Assembly: GCA_951406725.2 (NCBI GenBank)
Contig: OX597824.1
Span: forward strand, 29,760,001-29,824,000
Direction: 5' to 3'
Source: Octopus vulgaris
Lineage: Eukaryota
DNA: 64,000 bases
Shown here: one piece after another, positions 13,620 to 24,949 of the stretch
Layout of the letters: every line of letters starts with the position of its first letter
Position numbering within the stretch: position 1 is the first letter of the stretch
Notes under the pieces: generated by a model
Database searches by the model: none
What the model was told of the DNA's origin: nothing
Seen by the model: the letters and a program-made list of their open reading frames with translations, nothing else
Translations under genes and position numbers: made by a program

Positions 13620-13642
13620 TACAACTACTACTACTACTACTG

Positions 13643-13676
<34 letters not shown>

Positions 13677-13697
13677 AACAACAACTACTACTACTAC

Positions 13698-13753
<56 letters not shown>

Positions 13754-13757
13754 ATAC

Positions 13758-13792
<35 letters not shown>

Positions 13793-13835
13793 GTTGCTGC
13801 TATATTATTATTACCATTAGAAATAATGATAATTT

Positions 13836-13877
<42 letters not shown>

Positions 13878-13913
13878 CAGTATTATAATTATTATTATTA
13901 TTATTATTATTAT

Positions 13914-13951
<38 letters not shown>

Positions 13952-14085
13952 ATAGTAGTAGTAGTAGTAGTTGCTGGTGGTGGTGGTGAAACTAGCGTTC
14001 GTAGTAATGGTGGTGGTGGTGGTGGTTTGGTGGTGGTGGTGGTTTGGTGGTGGTGGTGGTTTGGTGGTGGTATTTGTGGTGGTAC
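13620..14085. repeat. (CTA)n/(TAG)n/(TAT)n/(GGT)n field
   Basis: Directly visible. Confidence 0.95.
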
Positions 14086-14740
14086 TAAATTCACCCGGTA
14101 TTTACACAGCTCTACACCAATCCAGCCAACACCTAATGTGACAATGTTGCAGAAACTCAAGCACAGCACGCGCGCACACACGCACACGTACATGCACAAA
14201 CACACACATATATATATATATACATGTATATACATAAGTATGTATGCATGAATGTATGAATGTATGAATGTATATATATATGTATATATATATATAGTGT
14301 AATAATAAAATATATGCATACATACAAACATATATGTACGTACCGACATCTACATGTATATATATACATGCATATATAAATATATATACGTGTGTACAGG
14401 ACACCACAAAAAGACGTAAAACCTCAACAGAAACGAAAACGGAAAGCCATTTTATTACAACAGAAGGACAGAGACGTGGAACAGGACGAGAACGAAAACG
14501 GGAAAAACATTGAGGGTGTATGATGCATGGATGGATGGGTGGATGTATGTGAGTATGTATGTATTGAAGGAGGGAGGAAAAGAAGGAGAGGGTGAGAGAG
14601 TGAGCGAAAGAGATAAACGGACACTTCACTTTCATATTAAAAAATATTTGAATTGAAGGCGTGAAGTTTGTAGTAAATACCGTTGATTAAGAATGTGCGT
14701 GTGTTTGTGTGTGTGTGTGTTTGTGTGTGTGTGTCTGTGT

Positions 14741-14807
<67 letters not shown>

Positions 14808-14972
14808 AGATAATCCAGTCTTAAATTCTACAGCTTAACTCTTAGAATATATGTTTGGTGCCATAACTACTGTTTGTAGGTCAGTTCGTAAGCACATTAT
14901 ATATGTATGTATGTTGTTTGTTTGTATGTATGTATGTATGTATGTATGTATGTATGTATGTATGTATTTATG

Positions 14973-15060
<88 letters not shown>

Positions 15061-15149
15061 TATATATATATATACAGAGAGAAAGAGAGAGAGAGAGAGA
15101 GAGCGAGCGCATTCCGTCAGAGGTTTCTGGTTTATTCAAACAAGATAAC

Positions 15150-15345
15150 AGACAGACACATGTACCCTTAATGTAATTCTCGAGTAGATTCAATGTGACA
15201 CTGAATATGGCAAGGTTGCCCCTTTGAATTACAGGTACAACTCGTTTTTGCCGGCCGAGTGGACTGAAGGAACGTGAAATAAAGTATTGTCATGCTCAAG
15301 GACGCAGCGTGCCGCCAAGAATCAAATACGTGACCTAACGCACCA
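15150..15345 (-). mobile_element. SINE group D fragment
   Basis: Core GAGTGGACTG..AACGTGAAATAAAG and tail match to 12522-12752. Confidence 0.7.
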
Positions 15346-15559
15346 ATCCACCTGGAGCAAAGTATGGCTGAACTTGGGGGAGATAACGCAACCCCTAAAT
15401 TCATACGCTATAAGTGATCACGCTAGCTGAGACACTAAAAATATGCAAGACCTACTTAAGATTTAAAGGAGGATGAACAAAACAAGATGCTTTTTTTGTT
15501 TTCGCAATATTACTGTCCAACAGGTGGCCGATGAAAATTAACTCTAAATTAAAAAGAGA

Positions 15560-16377
15560 AAAGTAATCGATCAGCAAGTCGCCTTGAGAATCCAAAAAAA
15601 CTGATGCCATGACCTTGCCAGCTGAAGGAATGAGCTGGCCTTCTTTGGAGTCGGAGAAGATTAGTGCTTCCACTGCTTTGTTTGTTCTTTGGTTTCAGGC
15701 TGGTAGTGATGAACCCAACTTTCGTCCATAGTAATGAAACGAGCAAGAAAATTTTCTTCATCAGCTTCAAACAGTTCCAAATTACTCGTGAACAAAATGC
15801 ACCTGGTGCATTTCTATTCAGGAGTCAAAAGGCGAGGGACCCACCTTGCAGAAACCTTTGAGAACCCAAATTCTTTTGTTACAATGTTGTCTGCTCTTTC
15901 AGTTGAGATGCCCAGTCTCTCGGCTATCTGACGACAGGATATTCGGCGAACTTGCATTATCATACCAAAAGCAAGGTCAATGTTGTCCTTGGTGGTTGCA
16001 GTTGGAGGTTTCCTTGCTCTGGGGTCATCTTCAACACTCTCCCTGCCACACTTGAATTCATTTACTCAGCGTTTGACTGTTGCATATGAAGGAGCATTGT
16101 CTGTTAAGGTTCTCACCATATCTTCATAGATTTCTGATGGAGTCATACCGTTCAAATGAAGGTACTTTATTACAGCACGATACTCAGGTTTCTCCATTTA
16201 CCTTGTAAACTCAAAGCTTGTTTATTAAAATATCTGCAACAAAAAAAAATTAAAATATCAGAATCATGAAAATGAGCAAGAATACTCCGAAAAGACTGTA
16301 CTTACCAGAAAAAATTGTTTCAGCTATATAGCAACCCCGTTTCTAGGTTAGGCTCAAAGCTTTTCACACACCCCTCG
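15560..16377 (-). pseudogene. mariner transposase pseudogene, 3'-truncated, with 5' TIR
   Basis: TA|CGAGGGGTGTGTGAAAAG terminus at 16377; ATG at 16197 gives MEKPEYRAVIKYL..SARWVPRLLT..FITMDESWVHHYQPETK..SAGKVMASVF with stops and a frameshift. Confidence 0.9.
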
Positions 16378-16977
16378 TACATACATACATACATACATAC
16401 ATACATACATACATACATACATACATACATACATACATACGTATATTCATGCATGCATACATACATATAGAATCAAAAGTCCAGGAAATGTTTTACTCTT
16501 TAGCATTTATGGCGAATTAATGCGGAACTTACAGCTCTTATACCCTGACTATGAATTTTCATTTGTACCTATCATCAGAGGTGCATCAAGTTATATACCA
16601 ACAAATTTGCACAAAAACCTAGAAATACTAGGCTTTACATAGGAAGAGCAAAAGAAACTGACGCAGATTCTCCAAATCCAATCAATTAGTGGCACAGTAA
16701 TTATTTGTAAGACATTCCAAAAATTTTCCATCTGCGATTCTTACGCGAATAAATACATACACTTAGGTGTTGCATTGAAAGTTCAACCAGCACACCAACT
16801 CAACTACATATTCACAAATACCGGGAACTCTCTTAACTCGAAAAGTTTTGTTACTATGTTTGCGACCGGCTCCAACTTTCTCAAGAACTTGAATAAAACT
16901 CAAAAATCCTGTACATTATTTGCATTATTTACATCATTTACATTTGACGGATATTTGTCCTCATCTTGTTAGTTGTT

Positions 16978-17023
16978 AACACAACGTTTCTGCTGATATT
17001 CCCTCCAGCCTTCATCAGGTGTC
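16978..17023 (-). ncRNA. minimal type I hammerhead ribozyme
   Basis: GACAC-CTGATGA-A-GGCTG(GAGGGAATAT)CAGCA-GAAA-CG-TT-GTGTT; canonical core, palindromic AACGTT stem III, one mismatch at the base of stem II. Confidence 0.7.
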
Positions 17024-17067
17024 TTGGGGAAATTTCAAACCTGAATTCTCATTCCTAAGGTATTTTT

Positions 17068-17199
17068 CGATACATCAATTAGAAAGCATTTTTTTTCTTC
17101 ATGATCTCTGACAACTATATCTGGCCTATTGGCCTTAATTTCTCTATCTATGTGTATTGGCATATCCCAAAGTATGGTTGCTTGTATTGGCATATCACA

Positions 17200-17202
<3 letters not shown>
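17068..17202 (-). pseudogene. Dong/R4 LINE restriction-like endonuclease fragment
   Basis: TILWDMPIHIDREIKANRPDIVVRDHEEKKCFLIDVS contains the RPD..D motif; abuts (TAA)n, the known Dong target. Confidence 0.85.
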
Positions 17203-17277
<75 letters not shown>

Positions 17278-17300
17278 CATTATTATCATTATCATTATTA

Positions 17301-17363
<63 letters not shown>

Positions 17364-17479
17364 TCACTGCTTGGAATCGAACTCGGAATCTTGGGGTTAG
17401 TAGCCTGCGCTCTTAACCACTACGCCATATAGAACTGAAAAATCGTGCATACATACATGCAATCAGGTAGCTTGACCTA

Positions 17480-18060
17480 ATCAATGTAACTCATCCAAGC
17501 CAGATGTCTCGTTCTTCCTTAGCAGTCTTCATGTGCTCGGACCTGATATCCAGATTTTTCCACAAATTGATCGATATACTAATTAATATACCCTTCTTTG
17601 TCTGCCTATACCTGTATGTCCATGCATTTCGTCCGTCCTTGCTTCTCCAGCAGTGTTCTGTATTACATGTTCCTTCTCTGATTACCGAGGTGAGGGTTGG
17701 AAGACCTGCCGCACAATCTCTGCTTTGAAGGGTGTTTCTGCTGTGAAAGATTGGGAACTACATGTAGCATCCTCGTTCATGTACCGTCAAGCTCTTTTTT
17801 TTTTCCAAGTCTCTTATTCAGCACCCCTGGTGAAGGGTCATACAGAAGTATTGATTCAATGATTGCTTTTAAGAAACTCCCTGTTCATGTTATCAGGAAG
17901 GGAGGACTTCCAAATAATTCCGAATCTATCAAATTCATTCCATGCCTTTGTAGTCCTTATTAGGACATCCTTTTCTGTTGAAACAATGATATTTCCTAGA
18001 CAGGTAAAGTCACAACCAGTTTCAGATTAATGCCATTCAGAGTAAAGATATCACTTGTTA
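17480..18060 (-). pseudogene. RTE-clade LINE relic (C-terminal part of ORF)
   Basis: DFTCLGNIIVSTEKDVLIRTTKAW..IIWKSSLPDNMNREFL..IIESILLY. Confidence 0.7.
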
Positions 18061-18069
18061 CGTTTTGAT

Positions 18070-18340
18070 GGCGTATTCTGTGGCCTAGTGGTTAGACTGT
18101 TGTACTCACAATAGCGAGATCCTGGGTTCGATTCAGAGACCAGGCGACGAGTTGTGTTCTCGAACAAAACACTTCATTTCACACTGCTCCAGTCCCTCAT
18201 TCGATCAGGGCGGGGAAATGTTCGTATGCTCGCTTATGCCAGCGGGTTGTTGTCATTCGAAAGTTAAAACGATGCAAAGTGCATTGTGACCAGCAATGTG
18301 TAACATCTGATAGTCTGGTCGGTCACGTGATCCCGTGATT
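18070..18340 (+). mobile_element. SINE group D variant
   Basis: TGGCCTAGTGGTTAG A-box, GGTTCGATTC B-box, CORE-like AAAACACTTCATTTCACACTGCTCCAGTC. Confidence 0.7.
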
Positions 18341-18479
18341 CAGTCTTGCTAAATAGTCCTATTTCTGCAGCTTCCAAGTGTCTTTCTTCTTCCAAGTGTC
18401 TTCTACTGTAGCCTCGGGCCGACCAAAGCCTTCTGAGTGGATTTCATAGACAAACGTGAATTAGATGTACATAGTAAAT

Positions 18480-18875
18480 GTGTTCTTTTATACTCTTGGA
18501 ACAAGGCCCGAAATTTTGGGGGAGGGGGCCAATCTATTAGAACCACCCCAGTATGCAACTGATACTAAATTTATCGACCGCGAAACGCATAGTCAACCTT
18601 GGCGGAATTTGAACTCAGAACGTAAAGACAGACAAAATACCTATTTATTTACTACCCACAAGGGACTAAACACAGAGAGGACAAACGGATTAAGTCGATT
18701 ATAACCACCCCAGTATGCAACTGATACTAAAATTATCTATGCGTTTCGCGGTCGATAAATTTAGTATCAGTTGCATATATCGACCCCAGTAAGTAACTGG
18801 TACTTATTTAATCGACCCCGAAAAGATGAAAGGCAAAGTCGACCTCGGCAGAATTTGAACTCAGAATGTAGCGGC
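18480..18875 (-). mobile_element. SINE group B dimer with internal inversion
   Basis: GCCTTTCATC.TTTCGGGGTCGAT..AAGTACCAG domain (Meta/MESC-like); inverted piece 18737-18777. Confidence 0.75.
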
Positions 18876-18877
18876 AT

Positions 18878-19190
18878 TGAAATTTTTCGTCAAAATTTTT
18901 TCAAAAATTTTTTGAAAATTTTCAAAATTTTTTCAAAAGTTTTTTGAAAATTTTCGTCACAATTTTTTCAAAAGTTTTTTGAAAATTTTCGTCAAAATTT
19001 TTCCAAAAAGTTTTTTGAAAATTTACGTCAACATTTTTTTAAAGACTTTTTGAAAATTTTCGTCAAAAAATTTTTATAAAAATTGTTTTCAAAATTTTCG
19101 TCAAAATTTTTTCAAAAATTTTTTTTAAATTTTCACCAAAATTTTCGACAAATTTTTTCAAAGATTTTTTGAAAATTTTCGTCAAGATTT
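18878..19190. repeat. degenerate ~34-bp A/T-tract minisatellite, about 9 units
   Basis: Unit approximately GAAAATTTTCGTCAAAATTTTTTCAAAAGTTTTTT. Confidence 0.85.
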
Positions 19191-19503
19191 CGGTTACGAC
19201 ACATATCATGTGATTGCACCTAGAAAGTTACCCTCCCAGGCACATGTCCGGAAAGGTTGATCATGGAAGACCAGCAGTCGCCGATGCATACCGACCTCCT
19301 CTCTCCACGTCACCAGTGTTATCCAAGGGAAAGGCAACAGCCGATTCTGCTTGGCACCTGTGACGTCGCAACTCATTTCTACAACTGAGTGAACTGGAGC
19401 AACGTGAAATAAAGTGTCTTGCTCAAGAACACAACACGCAGCCCGGCCCGGGTTTCGAGCTCACAACCTAACGATGCTCTAATCACTGAGCCAAGCGCCT
19501 TCA
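19190..19503 (-). mobile_element. SINE group D head/core with a distinct tail
   Basis: tRNA head 19440-19503, core 19370-19440. Confidence 0.75.
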
Positions 19504-19507
19504 CATA

Positions 19508-19570
<63 letters not shown>

Positions 19571-19571
<1 letters not shown>

Positions 19572-19922
19572 TACGAAGATGTATTTGCATAGCGAGTGAC
19601 TTGATCTGAGATCGTGTGCTGGAACGAAAACAATTGCAGTGTGAAAGGTGTTTATAAGCCATTTAAGAAACACACTACAGCCGTTAGATTCACTTCAACA
19701 TTTAAATTTAATTTGTCAAAATATTTTCGTCGCTTTGAGACCGCGACCTGTTCACTGACAAAAGTTCGTGCTGCATCGCATCGAAGTTTTGTCAGTGAAC
19801 AGGTCGCGGTCTCAAAGCGACGAAAATATTTTGACAAATTAAATTTGAATGTTGGAGTGAATCCAACTGTTTTTGTGTGTATCTTAAATGGCTTACAAAC
19901 ACCTTCCACGCTGTAATTGTTT
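19571..19922 (-). mobile_element. second palindromic PLE-like element (arms 19628-19763 and 19787-19922) in (TA)n
   Basis: Homologous to 1712-2051; tail on the left. Confidence 0.85.
19788..19838 (+). ncRNA. G3:C8 hammerhead ribozyme (mirror copy 19712-19762 on minus)
   Basis: TTTGTCA-GTGAACA-G-GTCGC(GGTCTCAAA)GCGAC-GAAA-ATAT-TT-TGACAAA; stems and core identical to 1862-1911, only loop II differs. Confidence 0.65.
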
Positions 19923-20202
19923 ATATATATATATCCTGAGGTTATAGTAGAGGACACTCAAGTTGCCATGCAGTGGGACTGAACCCGGAACCATGTAGTT
20001 GGGAAGCATATTTCTTACCACAGAGCTACACCTGCGCGTATAACCACGCCTACGCATATAACGTTTTGTCTTAATTCCATGTCGTCAGTAAAAAGAACGA
20101 TATAATCTGCAGTCAGCATCCGATATTTTTATGGTAGGATGTCTTCTGCTTCTAGCTCCCTCTATCTTTGTCTCTCTATCACTCTATCTCTCTCTCTTCC
20201 TC

Positions 20203-20245
<43 letters not shown>

Positions 20246-20404
20246 CGCAAATCTATAATCTTTGTTGATGTCAATAGGTCTACGTAAGACGTGATCCAAG
20301 CAAGATATAAGCAGGTATGGAGCCTGATTACATGTATACATACAAACGCACATGCATGCATGCACGCGTACATGCATGCATACATACATACATACATACA
20401 TACA

Positions 20405-20434
<30 letters not shown>

Positions 20435-20436
<2 letters not shown>

Positions 20437-20745
20437 GGCCACTGCTTCGAAACCTTCAGTTTCCATATTCAGAATACAAATTTACATTTATACCAATAAT
20501 AATTGGTGCATTTGGTTTTATGAATAAATGCCTGACAGTCTGGATAAACTTGGATTTTCATATAAAGAAATCAACCAACTCGCTTATACAATCTGTAAGC
20601 AGAACAATGAAAATATGCAAAACTTCCCTCAAGTTTAAAATGTGACGTTGTTTTTGTTATCCGCATTCCAACGTTGGAGCTTTATATTTTCAGTAGAAAC
20701 CAGCTCCTTCCTCAAAGAGCTTAAATTATCAAAAACCGATAAGAA
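20435..20745 (+). mobile_element. 3' end of an RLE-type LINE flanked by (ACAT)n
   Basis: YRPLLRNLQFPYSEYKFTFIPIIIGAFGFM..IQSVSRTMKICKTSLKFKM* plus 3'UTR. Confidence 0.75.
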
Positions 20746-20812
20746 CATACACATATACATGCATGCATGCATGCATACATACATACATAAATAATACAAA
20801 CATACATGTGAA

Positions 20813-20881
<69 letters not shown>

Positions 20882-20884
20882 GGA

Positions 20885-21162
20885 GACAGAAACTGAAAGA
20901 AGCCCGTCGTATATATGTATATCTATATGTATGTGTGTATATGTTTGTGTCTGTGTTTGTCCCCCCAACATCGCTTGACAACCGATGCTGGTGTGTTTAC
21001 GACCCCGTAACTTAGCGGTTCGGCAAAAACGTAACCAATAGAATAAGAACTAGGCTTACAAAGAATAAGTCCTGGGGTCGATTTGCTTGACTAAAGGTGG
21101 TGCTCCAGCATGACCGCAGTCAAATGACTGAAACAAGTAAAAGAGTAAAAGAGTAATAGAGT
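20885..21162 (+). mobile_element. SINE group A 3' portion
   Basis: Matches the group A body and tail. Confidence 0.85.
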
Positions 21163-21284
21163 ATCATATCACAGCGTTTCGAATAACGTGAATCTTCTAA
21201 TTCCAGCGGAAAGTGTGACAAACTTCAGCCCCTGACTCACATAATGTCCAGGCTTCATTATTCAACTAAACCGTACCCTGTCTC

Positions 21285-21358
<74 letters not shown>

Positions 21359-21509
21359 CGATATAAGACTATCTTAATTTTGTGACATTAGTCAGCACCT
21401 TAACTCTGAGGTTTCCTTCTGTACCGTAAAACCTTACGTATATAGTCACCTCGTTATCTTACTGCATATCTAGCACTTATCTTGATAACAAGATATGATT
21501 GTTATTGAT

Positions 21510-21617
21510 GTTGTTGTTTTTGTTGTGATATTATTATTATTATTATTGTTGTTGTTGTTGTTGTTGTTGTTGTTACAGCTGTTTTTTGTGCTTGTTGTTT
21601 TTGTTGTTCATGTTGTT

Positions 21618-21648
<31 letters not shown>

Positions 21649-21975
21649 ATGTTGCTGGTGTTATCTCTATTGTTGCAGCTGCTTTTTTTTTTTTGCTGCT
21701 GTTGTTACTGTTGTACAGCTGTTGCTGCTTCCTTCTGCTGCTGCTGCTACTGCTGCTGCTGTTGTTGTTGTTGTTAAGCAACAAGACGGGTAAGGGTGAT
21801 TAGGTGATGGTATAGGGCTTAGGGGCGGGAGACCCCCAGACCTTGAAAAAGACAAAAAACTTTGGTCGTCTTGTTGTAGTCGAGGGCTGCTCTTCGTTGA
21901 CGTTCGACACCATTGGGAGGTGGCCCTCGAAGTCGCTGGAAATGGAGACCTCCAGGTTCAAATTCTTGGACGGCT

Positions 21976-22006
<31 letters not shown>

Positions 22007-22024
22007 ATGATAATGATGATGATA

Positions 22025-22077
<53 letters not shown>

Positions 22078-22270
22078 GGTGGTAGTAGTTGTGGTGGTGG
22101 TGGTGGTGTGGTGGTGGTGGTGGTGCTGGTGGTGCTGGTGGTGCTGGTGCTGGTGGTGATGATGTTGACGATGATGCTGTTGTCGATGCTGTTGCACTTG
22201 ATCATGTTATTATCTCTTGCATTGCTGCTACTAATCTTGATGTTATAGTTGTTGTTGTTGTTGTTGTTCT
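21510..22270. repeat. (GTT)n/(GCT)n/(GAT)n/(GGT)n field enclosing a GC-rich 200-bp insert (21775-21972), possibly a LINE 3' end with a (CAA)n tail on minus
   Basis: Repeats directly visible; identity of the insert is only a guess. Confidence 0.7.
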
Positions 22271-22555
22271 TTATACAATACACATTATTTTATGAAACGG
22301 CGAATGTGCAATCTAACTATAAATTATTGAGATTAACTTTCGTCTATTATCTTCCACTTGTTTCAGTTATTGGACCACAGACAAATCGACCCTAGAACTT
22401 AATTTTAAGTTCAGATCTTTGTAAACAAACCAACACCGTTTGTCAAGCGATAATGGAGAACACAAAAGCACACACACACATACATATATACATATATTTA
22501 TTGATATACAGATATGCATATATACATGTACATATATACACATATACATATATAT

Positions 22556-22643
22556 GCACTTTAGGGAGAGGGGTAAGTCGATTACATCGACCTTAGTGCT
22601 GAACTGGTATTTATCTTATTGATCCTGTCGTGAGTGAGTGTGA

Positions 22644-22734
<91 letters not shown>

Positions 22735-22821
22735 CACACTCACTCACGACAGGATCAATAAGATAAATACCAGTTCAGCACTAAGGTCGATGTAATCGAC
22801 TTACCCCTCTCCCTAAAGTGC
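22556..22821. repeat. inverted repeat, ~100-bp unique arms made of a SINE B tail around a (TA)n spacer
   Basis: GCACTTTAGGGAGAGG...CCTCTCCCTAAAGTGC. Confidence 0.9.
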
Positions 22822-22862
22822 TGGCATCGTGCCAAAGTTTGAAGCTAATACATGCTCTACAA

Positions 22863-23052
22863 TGAGGCGGTAAGTTGGCAGAATCATTAACACGCCGGGT
22901 AAAATGCTTAGAGTCGTTCCGTCCTGTCTCTACGCTCTGAGTTCAAATGCTGCCGAGGTTGACTTTGCCTGTTCAAGTTGAGCACAGGAATCGATGTAAT
23001 CGACTTACCCTTTCTCTGAATTTGCTGGCCTTGTGCTAAAATTTGAAACCAA
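22863..23052 (+). mobile_element. SINE group B, diverged
   Basis: Head GGCGGTAAGTTGGCAGAATC, B-box GAGTTCAAAT. Confidence 0.75.
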
Positions 23053-23347
23053 CACATGCTTTGCTCTTAACATTTTGCAATCTGTTTCCATCATTGGTTC
23101 CTCTTCGTTGTAAGAGCAGCACCTTCATTAAATCAAATCTTGCATCTGGTTAGGTTATCCGTCACTTGGGAAATACTTCTCTGGCAGAGTTTCGTCATAC
23201 AAATAAGACTTTGTAGCTTGCTCTTTGATGTTCAAAGAGTGGCCTGTGATGTGTTTGGTTCTTCTCAATACCCAGTAAAAGTAAACTTTTCCATGTGTAA
23301 TTGAATACCACAAACTGGCACTAACTGTTTTTTGCATCTTCGACGTT

Positions 23348-23960
23348 TTAACTCTTGGCCTATCCGGCAAAAATATTTTGCCTGTTTTATATTCAAACTG
23401 GCTAGATCCGTTCTCTCACACCTACCTAACAATGTCATTCTAAAAATAAACAATCACATCATCAAAGTCTTGAAGCTATGAGGTAATGCACGTTTAATTC
23501 AAAACAATGTGAATAAATAAGTATTACATTTGACAGAGTTGGAAGCACTCCGTCGGTTACGACGACGAGGGTCCCGGTTGATCCGAATCAACGGAACAGC
23601 CTGCGCGTGAAATTAACGTGTAAGTGGCTGAGCACTCCACAGACACGTGTACCCTTAACGTAGTTCTCGGGGATATTCAGCGTGACACAGAAAGTGACAA
23701 GGCTGGCCCTTTGAAATACAGGTACAACAGAAACAGGAAGTAAGAGTGAGAGAGAAAGTTGTGGTGAAAGAGTACAGCAGGGATCACCACCATCCCTGCC
23801 GGAGCCTCGTGGAGCTTTTAGGTGTTTTCGCTCAATAAACACTCACAACGCCCGGTCTGGGAATCGAAACCGCGATCCTATGACCGCGAGTCCGCTGCCC
23901 TAACCACTGGGCCATTGCGCCTCCACATTTGACAGAGTAATCTGTACGCTAAAAGGTAAA
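23348..23960. mobile_element. possible piggyBac-like MITE interrupted by a SINE
   Basis: Degenerate TTAAC(C/T)CTT..AAGGT(T/A)AA-type termini. Confidence 0.35.
23540..23925 (-). mobile_element. young SINE group C
   Basis: TSD (A)CATTTGACAGAGT at 23526-23539 and 23925-23938. Confidence 0.92.
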
Positions 23961-24079
23961 ACATATTTATTCTGTTGCCAGTTCCAGCGCGTGGTTTCTG
24001 GCCGAGAACTCGTGCATAAAACATAAGTAAATACTTTATGTTAAATATTTTCTCATTGGATGCAATATCTGCATTGTTT

Positions 24080-24602
24080 AGAAGTGGTTGTCGACCATTT
24101 TTTATCTGTGGACCCCTTTGATTGGAGTCGTTCTGTCTTGTCTCTACGCTCTGAGTTCACATGCTGCCACGGTTGATTTTTGCCTTACATCCTTATGAAA
24201 TCGATAAAATACGTTCCAGTTGAACACGGGAATCGATGTAATCGATTTACTCATCCTCTGAATTTGCTGGCCTTGTGCTAAAAGTTGAAACCAACACATG
24301 CTCTGCACTTAATGTTTTGCAATCTGTTTCCATCACTGGTCCCTCCATTCAATGTTTAAAAACTGGCTTTATACATACCTTTTTCAAAATTCTTATTTTG
24401 CTTTTTCACACACTGACACATTGACTTGTGCAGGTTAAACTATGGAAAACGTTAAAGAAACCAATCTGTTTGATGCAATAAATACGTCTAAATCAAAATT
24501 CAAATACTGTTGCAGATCTCCATTTTATTATTTTGCTAGCTGGGCCCCAAACTTTTATATGGAACACCAGGGATCATAAGGATCCCAGTTGGGAGCCATT
24601 GG
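24080..24602. mobile_element. possible hAT-like MITE containing a duplicated SINE B segment
   Basis: AGTGGTTGTCGACC..GTTGGGAGCCATTG ends; related copy near 29098-29435. Confidence 0.4.
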
Positions 24603-24949
24603 CTTGGAATAACACAATAATTTGGTATACCGTTGTCTCTGACCTATGGATGGCATCACAGCTACTATTTATCTTTTCTTCCATTCTACTTTCACAGTTG
24701 ACGAAATAACTGTAAAATTCCAAAAGATATTTGTTTTTCCAGTTCTCGTCACGGCTCATTGAGCACGAAATTGAACACAAGCTGGTTTGGTATCCGGTTG
24801 GCAATTTCAAAGGTCGGACAACGGAGACAATAGTTGCCAAAAGATGTTTGTTATTCTCCATTCTGTGTCTGACAGATTAATTAAACCTCTGAGGAAGGAA
24901 ATAATTAAACAGTTGATATAGAAGTATACTGAATGGTCGAGATTTAGGT

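Larger units (their letters stand above)
16910..17430 (-). mobile_element. tRNA-headed SINE with internal (AAT)n, an embedded Dong/R4 endonuclease fragment and a hammerhead-bearing tail
   Basis: A-box TGGCGTAGTGG, B-box GAGTTCGATTCC at 17360-17430; tail homologous to 33893-33975. Confidence 0.7.
16500..17449 (+). mobile_element. 3' end of an RLE-type (R4/Dong-like) LINE, interrupted by the SINE at 16910-17430
   Basis: YGELMRNLQLLYPDYEFSFVPIIRGASSYIP..IQSISGTVIICKTF; (ACAT)n upstream and CATACATAC after 17449. Confidence 0.7.

Noticed and set aside
17360-17430. tRNA gene (also the heads of SINE groups A-D)
   Set aside because: A/B boxes present but acceptor and anticodon stems do not pair properly, and they run into SINE bodies
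21775-21972. GC-rich segment as a host exon
   Set aside because: No convincing splice sites or recognisable protein; the (CAA)n end fits a retroelement fragment better
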